A stretch of DNA of 64,000 nt, from contig CBDFLJ010000001.1 of assembly GCA_965248835.1 (NCBI GenBank), forward strand, positions 1,824,001 through 1,888,000. The letters run 5' to 3'. Position 1 is the stretch's first letter. Each line of letters starts with the position of its first letter. The notes under the pieces are model-generated. The model worked only from the letters and a program-made list of their open reading frames with translations, was not told the origin of the DNA and did not search any database. This stretch comes from Alphaproteobacteria bacterium (GTDB lineage Bacteria; Pseudomonadota; Alphaproteobacteria; MPNO01). Both the position numbers and the translations under genes were made by a program. This document shows, one piece after another, positions 1 to 10,319 of this stretch.

Positions 1-597
1 CGCGGCGATCTTGGCTGCGGTCCGAACGGCCTCCTCCACCAGGTCGCCCACCGGCACGACACGGCTGACCAGGCTCGCGCGCTCGGCCTCCTCGGCATCC
101 ATCATACGGCCGGTCAGGCACATCTCCATCGCCTTGGACTTGCCGACCAGACGGGTCAGGCGCTGGGTGCCGCCGGCACCGGGCGTCACCCCGATGGCGA
201 TCTCCGGCTGGCCGAACCGCGCGTTGTCCGCGGCCAGGATGAAGTCGCACATCATCGCCAGCTCGCAGCCCCCGCCCAGCGCAAACCCGGCGACCGCGGC
301 CACGACCGGCTTGCGGCAGCGGGTGATGTGCTCCCAATCGGCGGTGACGAAGTCCTCCAGATAGGTGCCGGGCCAGCCCTTGTCCTGCATTTCCTTGATG
401 TCCGCGCCGGCGGCGAACGCCCTTTCGGAGCCGGTGAGCACGATGGCACCCACCGTGTCGTCGGCCTCGTAGCCGGCCAGCGCATCGGCCAGTTCGCGCA
501 TCAACGGGCTCGACAGCGCATTGAGCGCATCGGGACGGTTGAGCGTGATCACGCCCACACCATCGCGGGTCTCGGTCAGGATGCTCTGGTAGGTCAT
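1..597 (-). CDS. Enoyl-CoA hydratase/crotonase (truncated by window start)
   Basis: Manual translation from ATG at 597: MTYQSILTETRDGVGVITLNRPDALNAL...AFAAGADIKEM...GFALGGGCELAMMCD...FGQPEI...GGTQRLTR. These are crotonase motifs. Not in the ORF track because no stop lies in the window. Confidence 0.93.
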   Translation of the reverse strand, partial: MTYQSILTETRDGVGVITLNRPDALNALSSPLMRELADALAGYEADDTVGAIVLTGSERAFAAGADIKEMQDKGWPGTYLEDFVTADWEHITRCRKPVVAAVAGFALGGGCELAMMCDFILAADNARFGQPEIAIGVTPGAGGTQRLTRLVGKSKAMEMCLTGRMMDAEEAERASLVSRVVPVGDLVEEAVRTAAKIAA

Positions 598-608
598 AAC
601 AGCCCCAT

Positions 609-1010
609 CTATCTGGAGGTTTCGCCCGATCTGGAGGTTTTGTCGTGCGGCGCGAGCGCGAAGCGGACCGTCAGGCGTCCGTCGTCGGGCACGAGCTCCA
701 GCCGCAGCACCTCGCCCTCGCGCACGAAGCGGTCGGTGCCGGCCGGCTCCCAGCCGAGCGCCGGCAGGGCAAGCCGGTAGAACCGCCGCACTGCCGGTTC
801 GGAGACCCGCCCGACGGCGGTCGCGCGGACGATCCGGCCGTCCCGGTTCTCGAACACCACGCCGTCCTCGACCCGCTCGGCGAGGCCCGGCGTCAGGGGA
901 AGATCGGCAATGGCGGTGAGGAACCCCGGCGCGGTCTGGGCGTGGCCGGGGAGGGCGATCCATGCCAGCAGGGTGATGGCGAGCGTGCACGCGGCGGTTG
1001 ATCTGCCCAT
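609..1010 (-). CDS. Conserved hypothetical exported protein
   Basis: C-terminal part of ORF 609..1898, from ATG 1010. Signal-peptide-like start, then DLPLTPGL...VVFENRDGRIV...FYRLALPALGW...REGEVL. Co-directional between mutM and the hydratase. Confidence 0.7.
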   Translation of the reverse strand: MGRSTAACTLAITLLAWIALPGHAQTAPGFLTAIADLPLTPGLAERVEDGVVFENRDGRIVRATAVGRVSEPAVRRFYRLALPALGWEPAGTDRFVREGEVLRLELVPDDGRLTVRFALAPHDKTSRSGETSR

Positions 1011-1024
1011 CGCGCAGGCCTTCC

Positions 1025-1876
1025 TCAACGCTGCCGCCTGGGGCAGTAGAAGGTCGACCGGCCGGACTGGACGATGCGCCGAACGCCGCCGCCGCAGGTG
1101 CAGCCCGGGCAGGGTTCGCCCTCGCGGTCGTAGACCTTGAACCGGTGCTGGAAATAGCCCAACTCGCCGTCGGGCGCGACGTAATCGCGCAGGCTGGAGC
1201 CGCCGGCCTCGATGGCTGCGGCCAAGGTCGCCCGGATCGCTTGGGCAAGCCGGGCGGCTCGGGCCGCGCCGATATTGGCCGCAAGCCGCCTCGGCGAGAT
1301 CCCGGCGGCATAAAGCGCCTCGCAGACATAGATGTTGCCGAGCCCGGCGACGACGCGCTGATCCAGGAGCGCGGCCTTGATCGGCGTCCGCTTGTTGGCG
1401 AGCCGCCGGGCGAGCATCGGCCCGTCGAACGCCTCCGATGTCGGTTCCGGGCCGAGATGGGCCAACAGCTCGTGCGCATCGAGGGTCTCCCGGCGCGCCA
1501 GGTCCATCAGCCCGAACCGGCGCGGATCGGCGTAGCGGATCATGGTGGCGTTGCCGAGCACGAAGACGATGTGTTCGTGGTCCGCCGCCCGGCCGGTGTT
1601 TCGCGCAAGCCGGCCGGGCGCGCCGTCGTCGATCACAATGCGCCCGGACATGCCGAGATGGGCGAGCACGACCGTCCCGTCGTCGAGGTCGATCGTCAGG
1701 TACTTCGCCCGCCGTCCGATGGCGGTGACGGTGCGGCCGATCAGGCGCTGCTCGAAATCGGCCGGGAGCGGCCTGCGCAGGTCGCGGCGGGCTACCCGGA
1801 CGCCATCGATCCGGCGGCCCTCCATGACGCGCGCAAGGCCGCGGCGGACGGTCTCGACCTCGGGCAGCTCGGGCAT
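1025..1876 (-). CDS. mutM: Formamidopyrimidine-DNA glycosylase
   Basis: MPELPEVET start, RRAKYL, HLGMSG, GLGNIYVCE, C-terminal Zn finger (CPGC...STFYCPRRQ). Confidence 0.98.
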   Translation of the reverse strand: MPELPEVETVRRGLARVMEGRRIDGVRVARRDLRRPLPADFEQRLIGRTVTAIGRRAKYLTIDLDDGTVVLAHLGMSGRIVIDDGAPGRLARNTGRAADHEHIVFVLGNATMIRYADPRRFGLMDLARRETLDAHELLAHLGPEPTSEAFDGPMLARRLANKRTPIKAALLDQRVVAGLGNIYVCEALYAAGISPRRLAANIGAARAARLAQAIRATLAAAIEAGGSSLRDYVAPDGELGYFQHRFKVYDREGEPCPGCTCGGGVRRIVQSGRSTFYCPRRQR

Positions 1877-1921
1877 GGCGCCAACCTAGCGCGATCACCC
1901 ACGCCGCGCTATGGTCCGGCG

Positions 1922-2674
1922 ATGGCCGAGGATCCGCGCACGACCGCGACCCGGTTCGGGTTCGAAACCCTGGGCACCGAGGAGCACGCGAGCAGGGTCC
2001 GCGCCGTGTTCGAGGGTGTCGCCGGCCGCTACGATCTGATGAACGACCTGATGAGCGGGGGCCTCCACCGGTTGTGGAAGGCGGTCCTGCTTGACTGGCT
2101 GGCGCCGCAGCCCGGTTGGACGGTCATCGATGTCGCCGGCGGCACCGGCGACATCGCGCGCGGTATCCTCAAGCGCGTGCCGGCGCGGGTGATCATCTGC
2201 GATGCGACCCCGGCGATGCTCGATGCCGGCCGTGACCGGGCGGTCGACAGCGGGATCCTCGACGGCCTCGCATTCGTCTGCGGCCGGGCGGAGGCGCTGC
2301 CTTTGCCGAGCGCATCGGCGGACGCGTTGACCATCGCCTTCGGGCTGCGCAACCTTACCGATCGTGCGGCGGCGCTGGCGGAGTTCCGCCGCGTGCTCAA
2401 GCCCGGCGGCAGGCTCGCCTGCCTGGAGTTCAGCCGCCCCGCCCTGCCGGGTCTCGCCGCGGTCTACGATGCCTATTCGTTCCAGATCCTGCCGCGGCTG
2501 GGCGCGCTGGTGACCGGCCGGGGCGATGCCTACCGCTATCTGGTCGAGAGCATCCGCACCTTTCCCGACCAGGAAAGCCTGGCAGAGGCGTTCACCGCCG
2601 CCGGGCTGGGCGCGGTGCGCTACCGCAACCTGTCCGGCGGGATCGTCGCCTTGCATACGGCATGGCGGACATGA
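1922..2674 (+). CDS. ubiE: Ubiquinone/menaquinone C-methyltransferase
   Basis: YDLMNDLMSGGLHRLWK, DVAGGTGD, IAFGLRN, YLVESIRTFP. ATG at 1922. Confidence 0.96.
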   Translation: MAEDPRTTATRFGFETLGTEEHASRVRAVFEGVAGRYDLMNDLMSGGLHRLWKAVLLDWLAPQPGWTVIDVAGGTGDIARGILKRVPARVIICDATPAMLDAGRDRAVDSGILDGLAFVCGRAEALPLPSASADALTIAFGLRNLTDRAAALAEFRRVLKPGGRLACLEFSRPALPGLAAVYDAYSFQILPRLGALVTGRGDAYRYLVESIRTFPDQESLAEAFTAAGLGAVRYRNLSGGIVALHTAWRT

Positions 2675-4221
2675 TCCGGGCGATCCGAAACCTGGCGCGG
2701 ATCTGGACCATCCTGCGCACCCTCGCCCGCCACGACGCGGCCGCCCCGCCTGGAATCGCCGTGCCGTTCGCCCTGCGGGCGGTGCTCCGCCTGGCCGGGT
2801 TTCCGCGCCGGCGCGCGGTGCGCGCGCTGCGCCCAGGCCAGCGGCTCGCCGCGGCGCTGGAGCGCCTGGGGCCGGCCTTCGTCAAGCTGGGCCAGGCGCT
2901 GTCGGTGCGCTCCGACCTGGTGGGTGAGGCGGCGGCTTCGGATCTCGCCATGCTGCAGGACCGTCTGCCGCCGTTCGACGCCGTTGCCGCCCGGGCCACG
3001 GTCGAACACGCGTTCGGCCAACCGATCGAGGCGCTGTTCGAAACCTTCGACGATCAACCAGTCGCGGCGGCCTCGATCGCCCAGGTGCACCGCGCGGTCA
3101 CCGCCGACGGCACCCCTGTCGCGGTCAAGGTGCTGCGGCCCGACATCGAAGCTGCCTTCGGCCGCGACCTGGAGCTGCTGCGCTGGCTGGCCGGGATCCT
3201 CGAGCGAAGCCTGCCCGCAACGCGCCGGCTCAAGCCTGTCGAGGTGGTCGAGACCTTCGCCGAGACCGTCGCCGTCGAGATGGACCTGCGCCTGGAGGCC
3301 GCCGCCGCCCAGGAACTGCGCGACAACTTCGCCGACAGCCACGGCTTCTCGGTGCCCGAGGTCGACTGGCGGCGGACCGGACGCCGGGTGCTGACGACCG
3401 GCTGGATCGACGGCATCGCGATCGGCGACCGAGCGCGGCTGGAGGCGGACGGGCACGACCTGAAGGCGGTCGTCGCCCGCATGGCCTCGGTCTTTTTCCT
3501 CCAGGTGTTCCGCGACGGCTTCTTCCACGCCGATCTCCATCCGGGCAACTTGCTGGTCGGTGCCGACGGCGTGGTCCATGCGGTGGATTTCGGCATCATG
3601 GGCCGGCTGGACCGGCCGACCCGGCGCTACCTGGCCGAAATGCTGCACGGCTTTCTGCTCCGCGACTACCGCAAGGTCGCCGAAATCCATTTCACCGCCG
3701 GCTACGTGCCGGCCGACCAGTCGGTGGAGGCCTTCGCTCAGGCCGCGCGCTCGATCGCCGAGCCGATCCTCGGCCTGCCGCTCGACCAGATCTCGCTCGC
3801 CCGGCTTCTGGGCCAACTCTTCCAGGTCACCGGGCGGTTCAAGATGGAGGTCCAGCCGCAATTGCTGCTGCTGCAGAAGACCATGCTGGTGGCCGAAGGG
3901 GTGGGCCGCGACCTGCATCCGGAGACCAACATGTGGGAGCTCGCCCGGCCGCTGATCGAGGACTGGATGGCTGCGCAGCTCGGCCCCGAAGCCCGTTTGC
4001 GCGAAGCGGCCGAGACCATCAGCCACGGCATCGCCGGCCTGCCCGGCCTGCTTGCCGATCTCGAGCGCTCGGCCGGGGCGATCAGCCAGGGCCGCGTCAG
4101 GCTCGATCCGCAGACCGTCGCCGCCATTCATGCCGGCATGGGCGCCAGGCGACGCGGGCGCGGGCTGATGATCGCGGCCGCAGCCGCGGCCGCGGCCGTC
4201 GCGGTGGCGATTCTTGCTTGA
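2671..4221 (+). CDS. ubiB: Ubiquinone biosynthesis protein kinase-like UbiB
   Basis: LGPAFVKLGQ, AAASIAQVH, VAVKV, FFHADLHPGN, DFGIMG. ATGA overlap with ubiE stop. Confidence 0.96.
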   Translation: MIRAIRNLARIWTILRTLARHDAAAPPGIAVPFALRAVLRLAGFPRRRAVRALRPGQRLAAALERLGPAFVKLGQALSVRSDLVGEAAASDLAMLQDRLPPFDAVAARATVEHAFGQPIEALFETFDDQPVAAASIAQVHRAVTADGTPVAVKVLRPDIEAAFGRDLELLRWLAGILERSLPATRRLKPVEVVETFAETVAVEMDLRLEAAAAQELRDNFADSHGFSVPEVDWRRTGRRVLTTGWIDGIAIGDRARLEADGHDLKAVVARMASVFFLQVFRDGFFHADLHPGNLLVGADGVVHAVDFGIMGRLDRPTRRYLAEMLHGFLLRDYRKVAEIHFTAGYVPADQSVEAFAQAARSIAEPILGLPLDQISLARLLGQLFQVTGRFKMEVQPQLLLLQKTMLVAEGVGRDLHPETNMWELARPLIEDWMAAQLGPEARLREAAETISHGIAGLPGLLADLERSAGAISQGRVRLDPQTVAAIHAGMGARRRGRGLMIAAAAAAAAVAVAILA

Positions 4222-4282
4222 TAATCATGGGCTTGTCGGTCTCCGCTTGTCGGCGAGCGCGGCCGGCACTAGGTTCTAGCCC

Positions 4283-5500
4283 ATGTTGGACGGCAAGCGC
4301 ATCCTCCTGATCGTCGCCGGCGGGATCGCCGCCTACAAGTGCCTGGAATTGATCCGCCGGCTTGGCGAACGCGGCGCGCGGGTGCGCTGCGTGCTGACCC
4401 GCGCCGGGGCGGAATTCGTAACTCCGTTGTCGCTGGCGGCGCTCAGCGGCGATAAGGTCTACGAGGATCTGTTCTCGCTCACCGACGAGGCCGAGATGGG
4501 CCATATCCGGCTGTCGCGCGAGGCGGACCTGGTGATCGTCGCCCCGGCGACGGCCGATATCATGGCGAAGATGGCGCACGGGCTCGCCTCGGACCTCGCG
4601 ACGACGCTCCTGCTTGCAACCGACAAGGACGTGATGATCGCGCCGGCGATGAACGTGCGCATGTGGCGGCATGCCGCGACCGCGGACAACCTCGCCGTGC
4701 TGCGCGCACGCGGCATCCGCGTGGTCGAGCCGGGCGAGGGTCCGATGGCCTGCGGCGAGTTCGGCCCCGGCCGCATGGCCGAGCCCGAGGCGATCATTGC
4801 CGCCGCTGCCGCCTGTCTCGCCGGTGGGGTCCGGCTTGCCGGGCGCAGCGCGCTGGTCACCAGCGGGCCGACTTACGAGGCGATCGATCCGGTGCGCTAC
4901 ATTGCCAACCGGTCCTCCGGCAAGCAGGGCCACGCGATCGCCGGGGCGCTTGCCCGCGCCGGCGCGGCGACCCGGCTCGTCACTGGACCGACCCACGAGC
5001 CGGACCCCGACGGTGTCGAGGTGGTGCGCATCGAGTCCGCGCGCGAGATGCTGGAGGCCTGCCGGGCGGGCGTGCCGTGTGACGTCGCAGTCTTTGCCGC
5101 CGCGGTCGCCGACTGGCGCCCGGCGCGGACCAGCAGGCGAAAGGTGAAGAAATCGGCCGCCCGGCCGCCCGGGATCGTGCTGGAGGAGAACCCGGACGTG
5201 CTGGCCACGATCGCCGTCCCGGGCAACGCGCGCCCCGCCCTGGTGATCGGTTTCGCCGCGGAAACCGAGAATATCCTCGAGAACGCCCGAAGGAAGCAAC
5301 GGACCAAGGGCTGCGACTGGGTGCTTGCCAACGACGTCTCGCTCGGCACCGGGACGTTCGGCGGCGAGGCCAACACGATCCACCTTCTGACCGGCGAGGG
5401 ATCCGAGGACTGGCCGCGCCTGTCCAAGGACGAGGTTGCTGCAAGGCTGGCGGCACGGATCGCGGATTGGTTCGACACCCGCCCCGAGGCCGCCGAATGA
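4283..5500 (+). CDS. coaBC: Phosphopantothenoylcysteine decarboxylase/ligase
   Basis: [52 protein letters not shown]. Confidence 0.97.
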   Translation: MLDGKRILLIVAGGIAAYKCLELIRRLGERGARVRCVLTRAGAEFVTPLSLAALSGDKVYEDLFSLTDEAEMGHIRLSREADLVIVAPATADIMAKMAHGLASDLATTLLLATDKDVMIAPAMNVRMWRHAATADNLAVLRARGIRVVEPGEGPMACGEFGPGRMAEPEAIIAAAAACLAGGVRLAGRSALVTSGPTYEAIDPVRYIANRSSGKQGHAIAGALARAGAATRLVTGPTHEPDPDGVEVVRIESAREMLEACRAGVPCDVAVFAAAVADWRPARTSRRKVKKSAARPPGIVLEENPDVLATIAVPGNARPALVIGFAAETENILENARRKQRTKGCDWVLANDVSLGTGTFGGEANTIHLLTGEGSEDWPRLSKDEVAARLAARIADWFDTRPEAAE

Positions 5501-5955
5501 GCGAGACCGCGGTCCGGGTCGCCCGCCTGGCAGGCCACGACGACCTGGCGCTGCCGGCCTACGAGACCGCGCAATCGGCGGGGCTCGACCTCGCCGCGGC
5601 GGTCTTCGAGCCGCTGGTGCTGGCGCCCGGCGCGCGGGCAATGGTGCCGACCGGGCTTGCTGTCGCCCTGCCTTCCGGCCTGGAGGCGCAGATCCGCCCG
5701 CGCTCCGGGCTTGCCGCGCGCGCCGGCGTGACGGTGCTCAACAGCCCGGGCACGGTCGATGCCGACTACCGCGGCGAGATCAAGGTGATCCTCGCCAATT
5801 TCGGGGACGCACCGTTCACCGTCGAGCGCGGCATGCGGATCGCCCAGCTCGTTGTTGCGCCCGTCATCCGGATTTCCTGGGCCGAGGTCGCTTCCCTGCC
5901 CGACAGCGGGCGCGGCCCCGGCGGGTTCGGCTCCACCGGTACCGCGCGGAAATGA
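5497..5955 (+). CDS. dut: dUTP diphosphatase
   Basis: [45 protein letters not shown] overlap with coaBC. Confidence 0.97.
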   Translation: MSETAVRVARLAGHDDLALPAYETAQSAGLDLAAAVFEPLVLAPGARAMVPTGLAVALPSGLEAQIRPRSGLAARAGVTVLNSPGTVDADYRGEIKVILANFGDAPFTVERGMRIAQLVVAPVIRISWAEVASLPDSGRGPGGFGSTGTARK

Positions 5956-5962
5956 CCGACCG

Positions 5963-6739
5963 GTGATCGATTTCACCGAAGACCAGCTCCAACGTTACGC
6001 CCGCCACATCGTCCTGCCCGAAGTCGGCGGCACCGGCCAGGCCAGGCTGATGGACGGCAGCGTGCTGGTGATCGGCGCCGGCGGGCTGGGCGCGCCGTTG
6101 CTGCTGTATCTCGCCGCGGCCGGGGTCGGGACCATCGGCGTGGTCGACGACGACGTAGTCGATCTGTCGAACCTGCAGCGCCAGGTCATCCACGCGACCG
6201 AGCGGATCGGCATGGCCAAGGTCGAAAGCGCCGCCCTTGCGATCGCCGCGGTCAACCCCGAGATTCGCCTGGTTCCGCTTCACACCAGGCTTGATGAAGC
6301 CAATGTCGCCCGACTGATCGCGCCTTACGACGTGATCGCCGATGGCAGCGACAATTTCCACACCCGGTTCGTGGTCAACGATGCCTGCCATGCCGCCGGC
6401 AAGACCCTGGTCTCGGCTGCCATGCTGCGCTTCGAGGGCCAGCTTGCGACCTTCAAGTCGGGGCAGGGTGCGGAATACCCGTGCTATCGCTGCCTCTATG
6501 CGGAGGCGCCGCCGCCGGGCACCGTCCCGACATGCTCCGAAGGCGGCGTTCTAGGCGCGCTCGCCGGCACGATGGGCTCGCTCCAGGCAACCGAGGTGCT
6601 CAAGGAGTTGATGGAGATCGGCGACACGTTGGCCGGCCACTTGATGCTTTATGATGCGCTCTCGGCGACGATCCGCAAGATGACGCTGAAGCCTCGGCCC
6701 GACTGCGCCACCTGCGGCACGGCAGGCGGAAATGGCTGA
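5963..6739 (+). CDS. moeB: MoeB/ThiF family adenylyltransferase
   Basis: RYARHIVL, GAGGLG, SNLQRQ, DGSDNF, CYRC and C-terminal CATC Zn ligands, catalytic Cys in TCSEGG. GTG start at 5963. Confidence 0.9.
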   Translation: MIDFTEDQLQRYARHIVLPEVGGTGQARLMDGSVLVIGAGGLGAPLLLYLAAAGVGTIGVVDDDVVDLSNLQRQVIHATERIGMAKVESAALAIAAVNPEIRLVPLHTRLDEANVARLIAPYDVIADGSDNFHTRFVVNDACHAAGKTLVSAAMLRFEGQLATFKSGQGAEYPCYRCLYAEAPPPGTVPTCSEGGVLGALAGTMGSLQATEVLKELMEIGDTLAGHLMLYDALSATIRKMTLKPRPDCATCGTAGGNG

Positions 6740-7124
6740 GCGGCCGGGCCTTGCGATCATCATCCAGTCAGGCGCCTTCGAGCGCGTCCACTACGCGCTG
6801 GTGCTTGCCTCCGCGGCGGCGGCGATCGACCGGCCGGTCACCCTGTTCTTCACCATGGAGGGGTGCAAGGCTCTGCGCCCGCCCGACAGGCTCGGCGCAT
6901 GGGCCGCGCCCGAAAAGGATTTCGCAGCCAAGGGCTTGGCGGGCTTCGAGGAGCTTCTGGGAGCTTGCGCCGAGCTCGGCGCAGCGATCACCGTCTGTGA
7001 GATGGGCCTCGCGGCCGTCGACTTGACGCCGTCGGACCTGCGCCGGGACCTGCCGATCACGGTGACCGGCGCGGTGAGCTTCCTCAACGGAGCGGGCGTC
7101 CACGCGCAGATGGTTTTCGTATAG
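6732..7124 (+). CDS. DsrE/DsrF-like protein
   Basis: TLFFTMEG and VCEMG motifs, 130 aa. Overlaps moeB stop by 8 nt. Confidence 0.75.
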   Translation: MAERPGLAIIIQSGAFERVHYALVLASAAAAIDRPVTLFFTMEGCKALRPPDRLGAWAAPEKDFAAKGLAGFEELLGACAELGAAITVCEMGLAAVDLTPSDLRRDLPITVTGAVSFLNGAGVHAQMVFV

Positions 7125-7136
7125 CGCATCACCCGC

Positions 7137-8135
7137 TCAGGTCTGTGCGGCGCCGTCGCGGTCGATCACGCGGTCGGGCGGGGTGCGGCCGTCGGCGAAG
7201 GCCTGGATGTTGATCAGGACGCGCTCCCCCATGGCGATCCGTCCCTCCCGCGTCGCCGAGCCGAGATGCGGCGACAGCACGACGTTCTCCAGCCCCAGGA
7301 GCGCCTTTTCGATCTTCGGCTCGCGTTCGAAGACGTCCAGCCCCGCGCCGGCGAGGACGCCTTCGGCGAGGCAGGCGGCGAGAGCGGCCTCGTCGATGAT
7401 CTCGCCGCGTGCGGTGTTGACCACATAGGCGTGCGGCTGGAGGGCGCGCAGCCGGGCGGCGTTCAGCAGATGATGGGTCTGGCGGGTGTGCGGGCAGTTG
7501 ATCGACACGAAGTCCATGCCGGCCAGCATCCGGTCGAGGTCGTCCCACCATGTCGCCTCGAGCGCGGCCTCGATCTGCGGATGCACGCGGTTGCGGTTGT
7601 GGTAGTGGATCGACATCGAGAACCCGCGCGCACGCTTGGCGACGGCCTGGCCGATCCGGCCCATGCCGATGATGCCGAGCCGCTTGCCCGAGACCCGGTG
7701 GCCCATCATGAAAGTCGGCGACCAGCCGCGCCAGTTTCCGGTTCGTGCCAGCCGCTCGCCCTCGCCCAGCCGGCGCGGCGCGCACAGCATCAGCGCCATG
7801 GTCAGATCGGCGGTGTCCTCGGTCAGGACTCCCGGCGTGTTGGTGACCATCACCCGCCTGGCTGCGGCGGCGGCCAGGTCGATGTGATCGACGCCGACCC
7901 CGAAATTGGCGATCAACCGGCAGCGGTCCGGCAGCGCGGCGATGACCTCAGCCGTGATCCGGTCGGTGACCGTCGGCACCAGCACGTCCGCCTCGGCTGC
8001 CGCCGTCTTCAGCGCCTTCGCGGTCATCGGCGTGTCATCGGCATTCAGGCGCGTGTCGAACAACCCCTCCAGGCGCGTCTCGATCTCCTGGGGAAGCTTT
8101 CGGGTCAGCAGGACCGTGGGCTTGGGGGCCACCAT
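7137..8135 (-). CDS. D-2-hydroxyacid dehydrogenase (glyoxylate/hydroxypyruvate reductase type)
   Basis: NTPGVLTEDTAD, GIIGMGRIG, NTARG, GLDVFERE, PHLGSAT. Confidence 0.93.
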   Translation of the reverse strand: MVAPKPTVLLTRKLPQEIETRLEGLFDTRLNADDTPMTAKALKTAAAEADVLVPTVTDRITAEVIAALPDRCRLIANFGVGVDHIDLAAAAARRVMVTNTPGVLTEDTADLTMALMLCAPRRLGEGERLARTGNWRGWSPTFMMGHRVSGKRLGIIGMGRIGQAVAKRARGFSMSIHYHNRNRVHPQIEAALEATWWDDLDRMLAGMDFVSINCPHTRQTHHLLNAARLRALQPHAYVVNTARGEIIDEAALAACLAEGVLAGAGLDVFEREPKIEKALLGLENVVLSPHLGSATREGRIAMGERVLINIQAFADGRTPPDRVIDRDGAAQT

Positions 8136-8245
8136 CGGCGCGATCTATCAACCCTGCCGCGTGCTGTCCAGAGGCGATGGCGAAACCGCGTCCGCCGGCT
8201 ATAGTGCGCCGGCCTAGAGACCGCCGCCCCGCCGAGACCCGCCCG

Positions 8246-8728
8246 ATGCGCTTGCCGTTCCTTTCGACCCTGGCGTTGGCCCTCCTGACCGCTGCCGGAG
8301 CCCCCGACCGGGCGGTCGCGGTGGAGCCCGACTACCCGCGTTTCGTCTCGCTGCGCGCCGCCAAGGCCAACGTGCGGATCGGCCCGGGTCGGCGCTATCC
8401 GATCGCCTGGGTGTTCGTCCGCCGCAGCCTGCCGGTCCAGATCATCGGCGCGTTCGAGACCTGGCGGCGGATCCGCGATTGGGAGGGCACCGAGGGCTGG
8501 ATCCACCAGTCGCTCCTGTCCCGGCGGCCCAGCATCATCGTGATCGAAGGCCCGCGGGCGCTCCGACGCATGCCGTCGCTCGCCGCACCCCTGGTCGCCC
8601 GGGTCAAGCGCGGCGTGATCGGCCGGCCGATCGAATGCCGGCCAGCCTGGTGCCGGGTCGAAATCCAGGGCCTGCGCGGCTGGATCGACCGAAGCGCGGT
8701 CTGGGGAGTGAAAACCGAGCAGGAATAG
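8246..8728 (+). CDS. Exported tandem bacterial SH3-domain protein
   Basis: Signal peptide, then PRFVSL...NVRIGPG...YPIAW...WRRIRDWEGTEGWIHQSLLS and a second SH3 repeat ending GWI...VWG. Confidence 0.85.
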   Translation: MRLPFLSTLALALLTAAGAPDRAVAVEPDYPRFVSLRAAKANVRIGPGRRYPIAWVFVRRSLPVQIIGAFETWRRIRDWEGTEGWIHQSLLSRRPSIIVIEGPRALRRMPSLAAPLVARVKRGVIGRPIECRPAWCRVEIQGLRGWIDRSAVWGVKTEQE

Positions 8729-8791
8729 CCGCGCTAGAGCTTGCTCCGAACATGCATTAGAGTGCGCAGGATCCCCAAATCGGAGGCGGAG

Positions 8792-9580
8792 ATGAACGCG
8801 AGCGTCGTTAAATCCATCAAGGGCTCATCGGTGCGCGACCGGGTGAGCGATGCCGAATGGAACACGCGCCAGGAGCTTGCCGCGGCCTATCGGCTGACCG
8901 ACATGTACGGCTGGGCGACGACCCTGATCTACAACCATATCTCGGCCCGGGCGCCCTCGCCCGACGGCGAGGAGCATTTCCTGCTCAACCCCTTCGGGCT
9001 GCGCTATGACGAAGTGACCGCCTCCAACCTGGTGAAGATCGATATCGAGGGCAACACCCTCGATGACGGCCCGTATGAGATCAACGAGGCCGGCTACGTC
9101 ATCCACAGCGCAATCCATGCCGCGCGCCCGGACGTGACGTGCGTCATCCACACCCACACCGAGGCCGGCATGGCGGTCTCCTGCCTCGAAGAAGGGCTGA
9201 TGTTCATCAACCAGGATGCCCTGTGGTTCTACGACAACATCGGCTACCACGAGTTCGAGGGCGTCGCCTGCAATCTCGACGAGCGCAAGCGCCTGGTAGC
9301 CAATCTCGGCGACAACTTCGCCCTGATCCTGCGCAATCACGGACTGCTGACGGTCGGACGCTCGATCGGCGAGGCGTTCACGCTGATGTTCTTCCTGGAG
9401 AAGGTGTGCAGCGCCCAACTCAAGCTGATGGCGGCCGCGGGGCGCGTCCATACCATCACCGAGGAGGTCTGCCGCTACACCGCCGGCCAGTTCAACCTCG
9501 CCGTCACGCGCGCCGGCGACCGCGAATGGCCGGCGCTGGTCCGCCAGCTCGACGCCGTCGATACGTCCTATCGCGATTGA
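8792..9580 (+). CDS. Class II aldolase/adducin family protein
   Basis: YNHISAR, FLLNPFGL, IHSAIH, VIHTH, LRNHGLL metal-binding His motifs. GGAG upstream of ATG 8792. Confidence 0.9.
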   Translation: MNASVVKSIKGSSVRDRVSDAEWNTRQELAAAYRLTDMYGWATTLIYNHISARAPSPDGEEHFLLNPFGLRYDEVTASNLVKIDIEGNTLDDGPYEINEAGYVIHSAIHAARPDVTCVIHTHTEAGMAVSCLEEGLMFINQDALWFYDNIGYHEFEGVACNLDERKRLVANLGDNFALILRNHGLLTVGRSIGEAFTLMFFLEKVCSAQLKLMAAAGRVHTITEEVCRYTAGQFNLAVTRAGDREWPALVRQLDAVDTSYRD

Positions 9581-9589
9581 GCCCGCCGC

Positions 9590-10315
9590 ATGGCACAGCT
9601 CAGCGAGATCGCGCCCGACGTCTTCCGGCTCAGCGCCTACAACCCGGCGGCCGATTTCCAGTTCAACAGCTTCCTGGTGCGCGACGAGGAGCCGCTGCTC
9701 TATCACACCAATCTGTGCGGGTTCTTCGAGGAGATCCGCCAGGCCGCTTCCGCGGTGCTCGACCCGGCGTCGATCCGCTGGATCGGCTTCAGCCACTTCG
9801 AATCCGACGAATGCGGCTCGCTGAACGACTGGCTGCGGCTCGCGCCCGGGGCCACGCCGGTCTGCAGCTTCGTCGGCGCGCGCACCAGCGTCGGCGATTT
9901 CGCCATCCGGGCGCCGCGCGTCCTCGACGAAGGCGAGCGGCTGGAGACCGGGCGCCACCGGTTCCGGGTGATCGAGACCAAGCACGTCCCGCATGGCTGG
10001 GATGCGAGCCTGCTGTTCGAGGAGACCCGCAAGACGCTGTTCTGCTCCGACCTGTTCGGCCACAACGGCGATGTCGAGCCGCTCTATGAGGGCGACATCC
10101 TCGGCCGCAGCGCGGCCTACAACGACAGGCAGGCGGGGGGTCCGATGTCCCATTCGGTGCCCTATACCGGCCAGACCCGGCCGATCCTGAACGGTCTGGC
10201 CGACCTCGATCCGGCGACGCTGGCCTGCATGCACGGCTCCAGCTATGGCGGGGAAGCGGCGGCCGCCCTGCGCGCGCTGGGCGATGTCATCGAACGCAAT
10301 TCCAAAGGGGTTTGA
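9590..10315 (+). CDS. Metallo-beta-lactamase-fold protein (FprA/ODP-like diiron domain, no flavodoxin domain)
   Basis: [31 protein letters not shown]. Confidence 0.8.
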   Translation: MAQLSEIAPDVFRLSAYNPAADFQFNSFLVRDEEPLLYHTNLCGFFEEIRQAASAVLDPASIRWIGFSHFESDECGSLNDWLRLAPGATPVCSFVGARTSVGDFAIRAPRVLDEGERLETGRHRFRVIETKHVPHGWDASLLFEETRKTLFCSDLFGHNGDVEPLYEGDILGRSAAYNDRQAGGPMSHSVPYTGQTRPILNGLADLDPATLACMHGSSYGGEAAAALRALGDVIERNSKGV

Positions 10316-10319
10316 GCCC

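Noticed and set aside
609-1898. 429-aa ORF overlapping mutM
   Set aside because: Only the last 133 aa (from ATG 1010) look like a real protein; the rest is an alternate frame of mutM.
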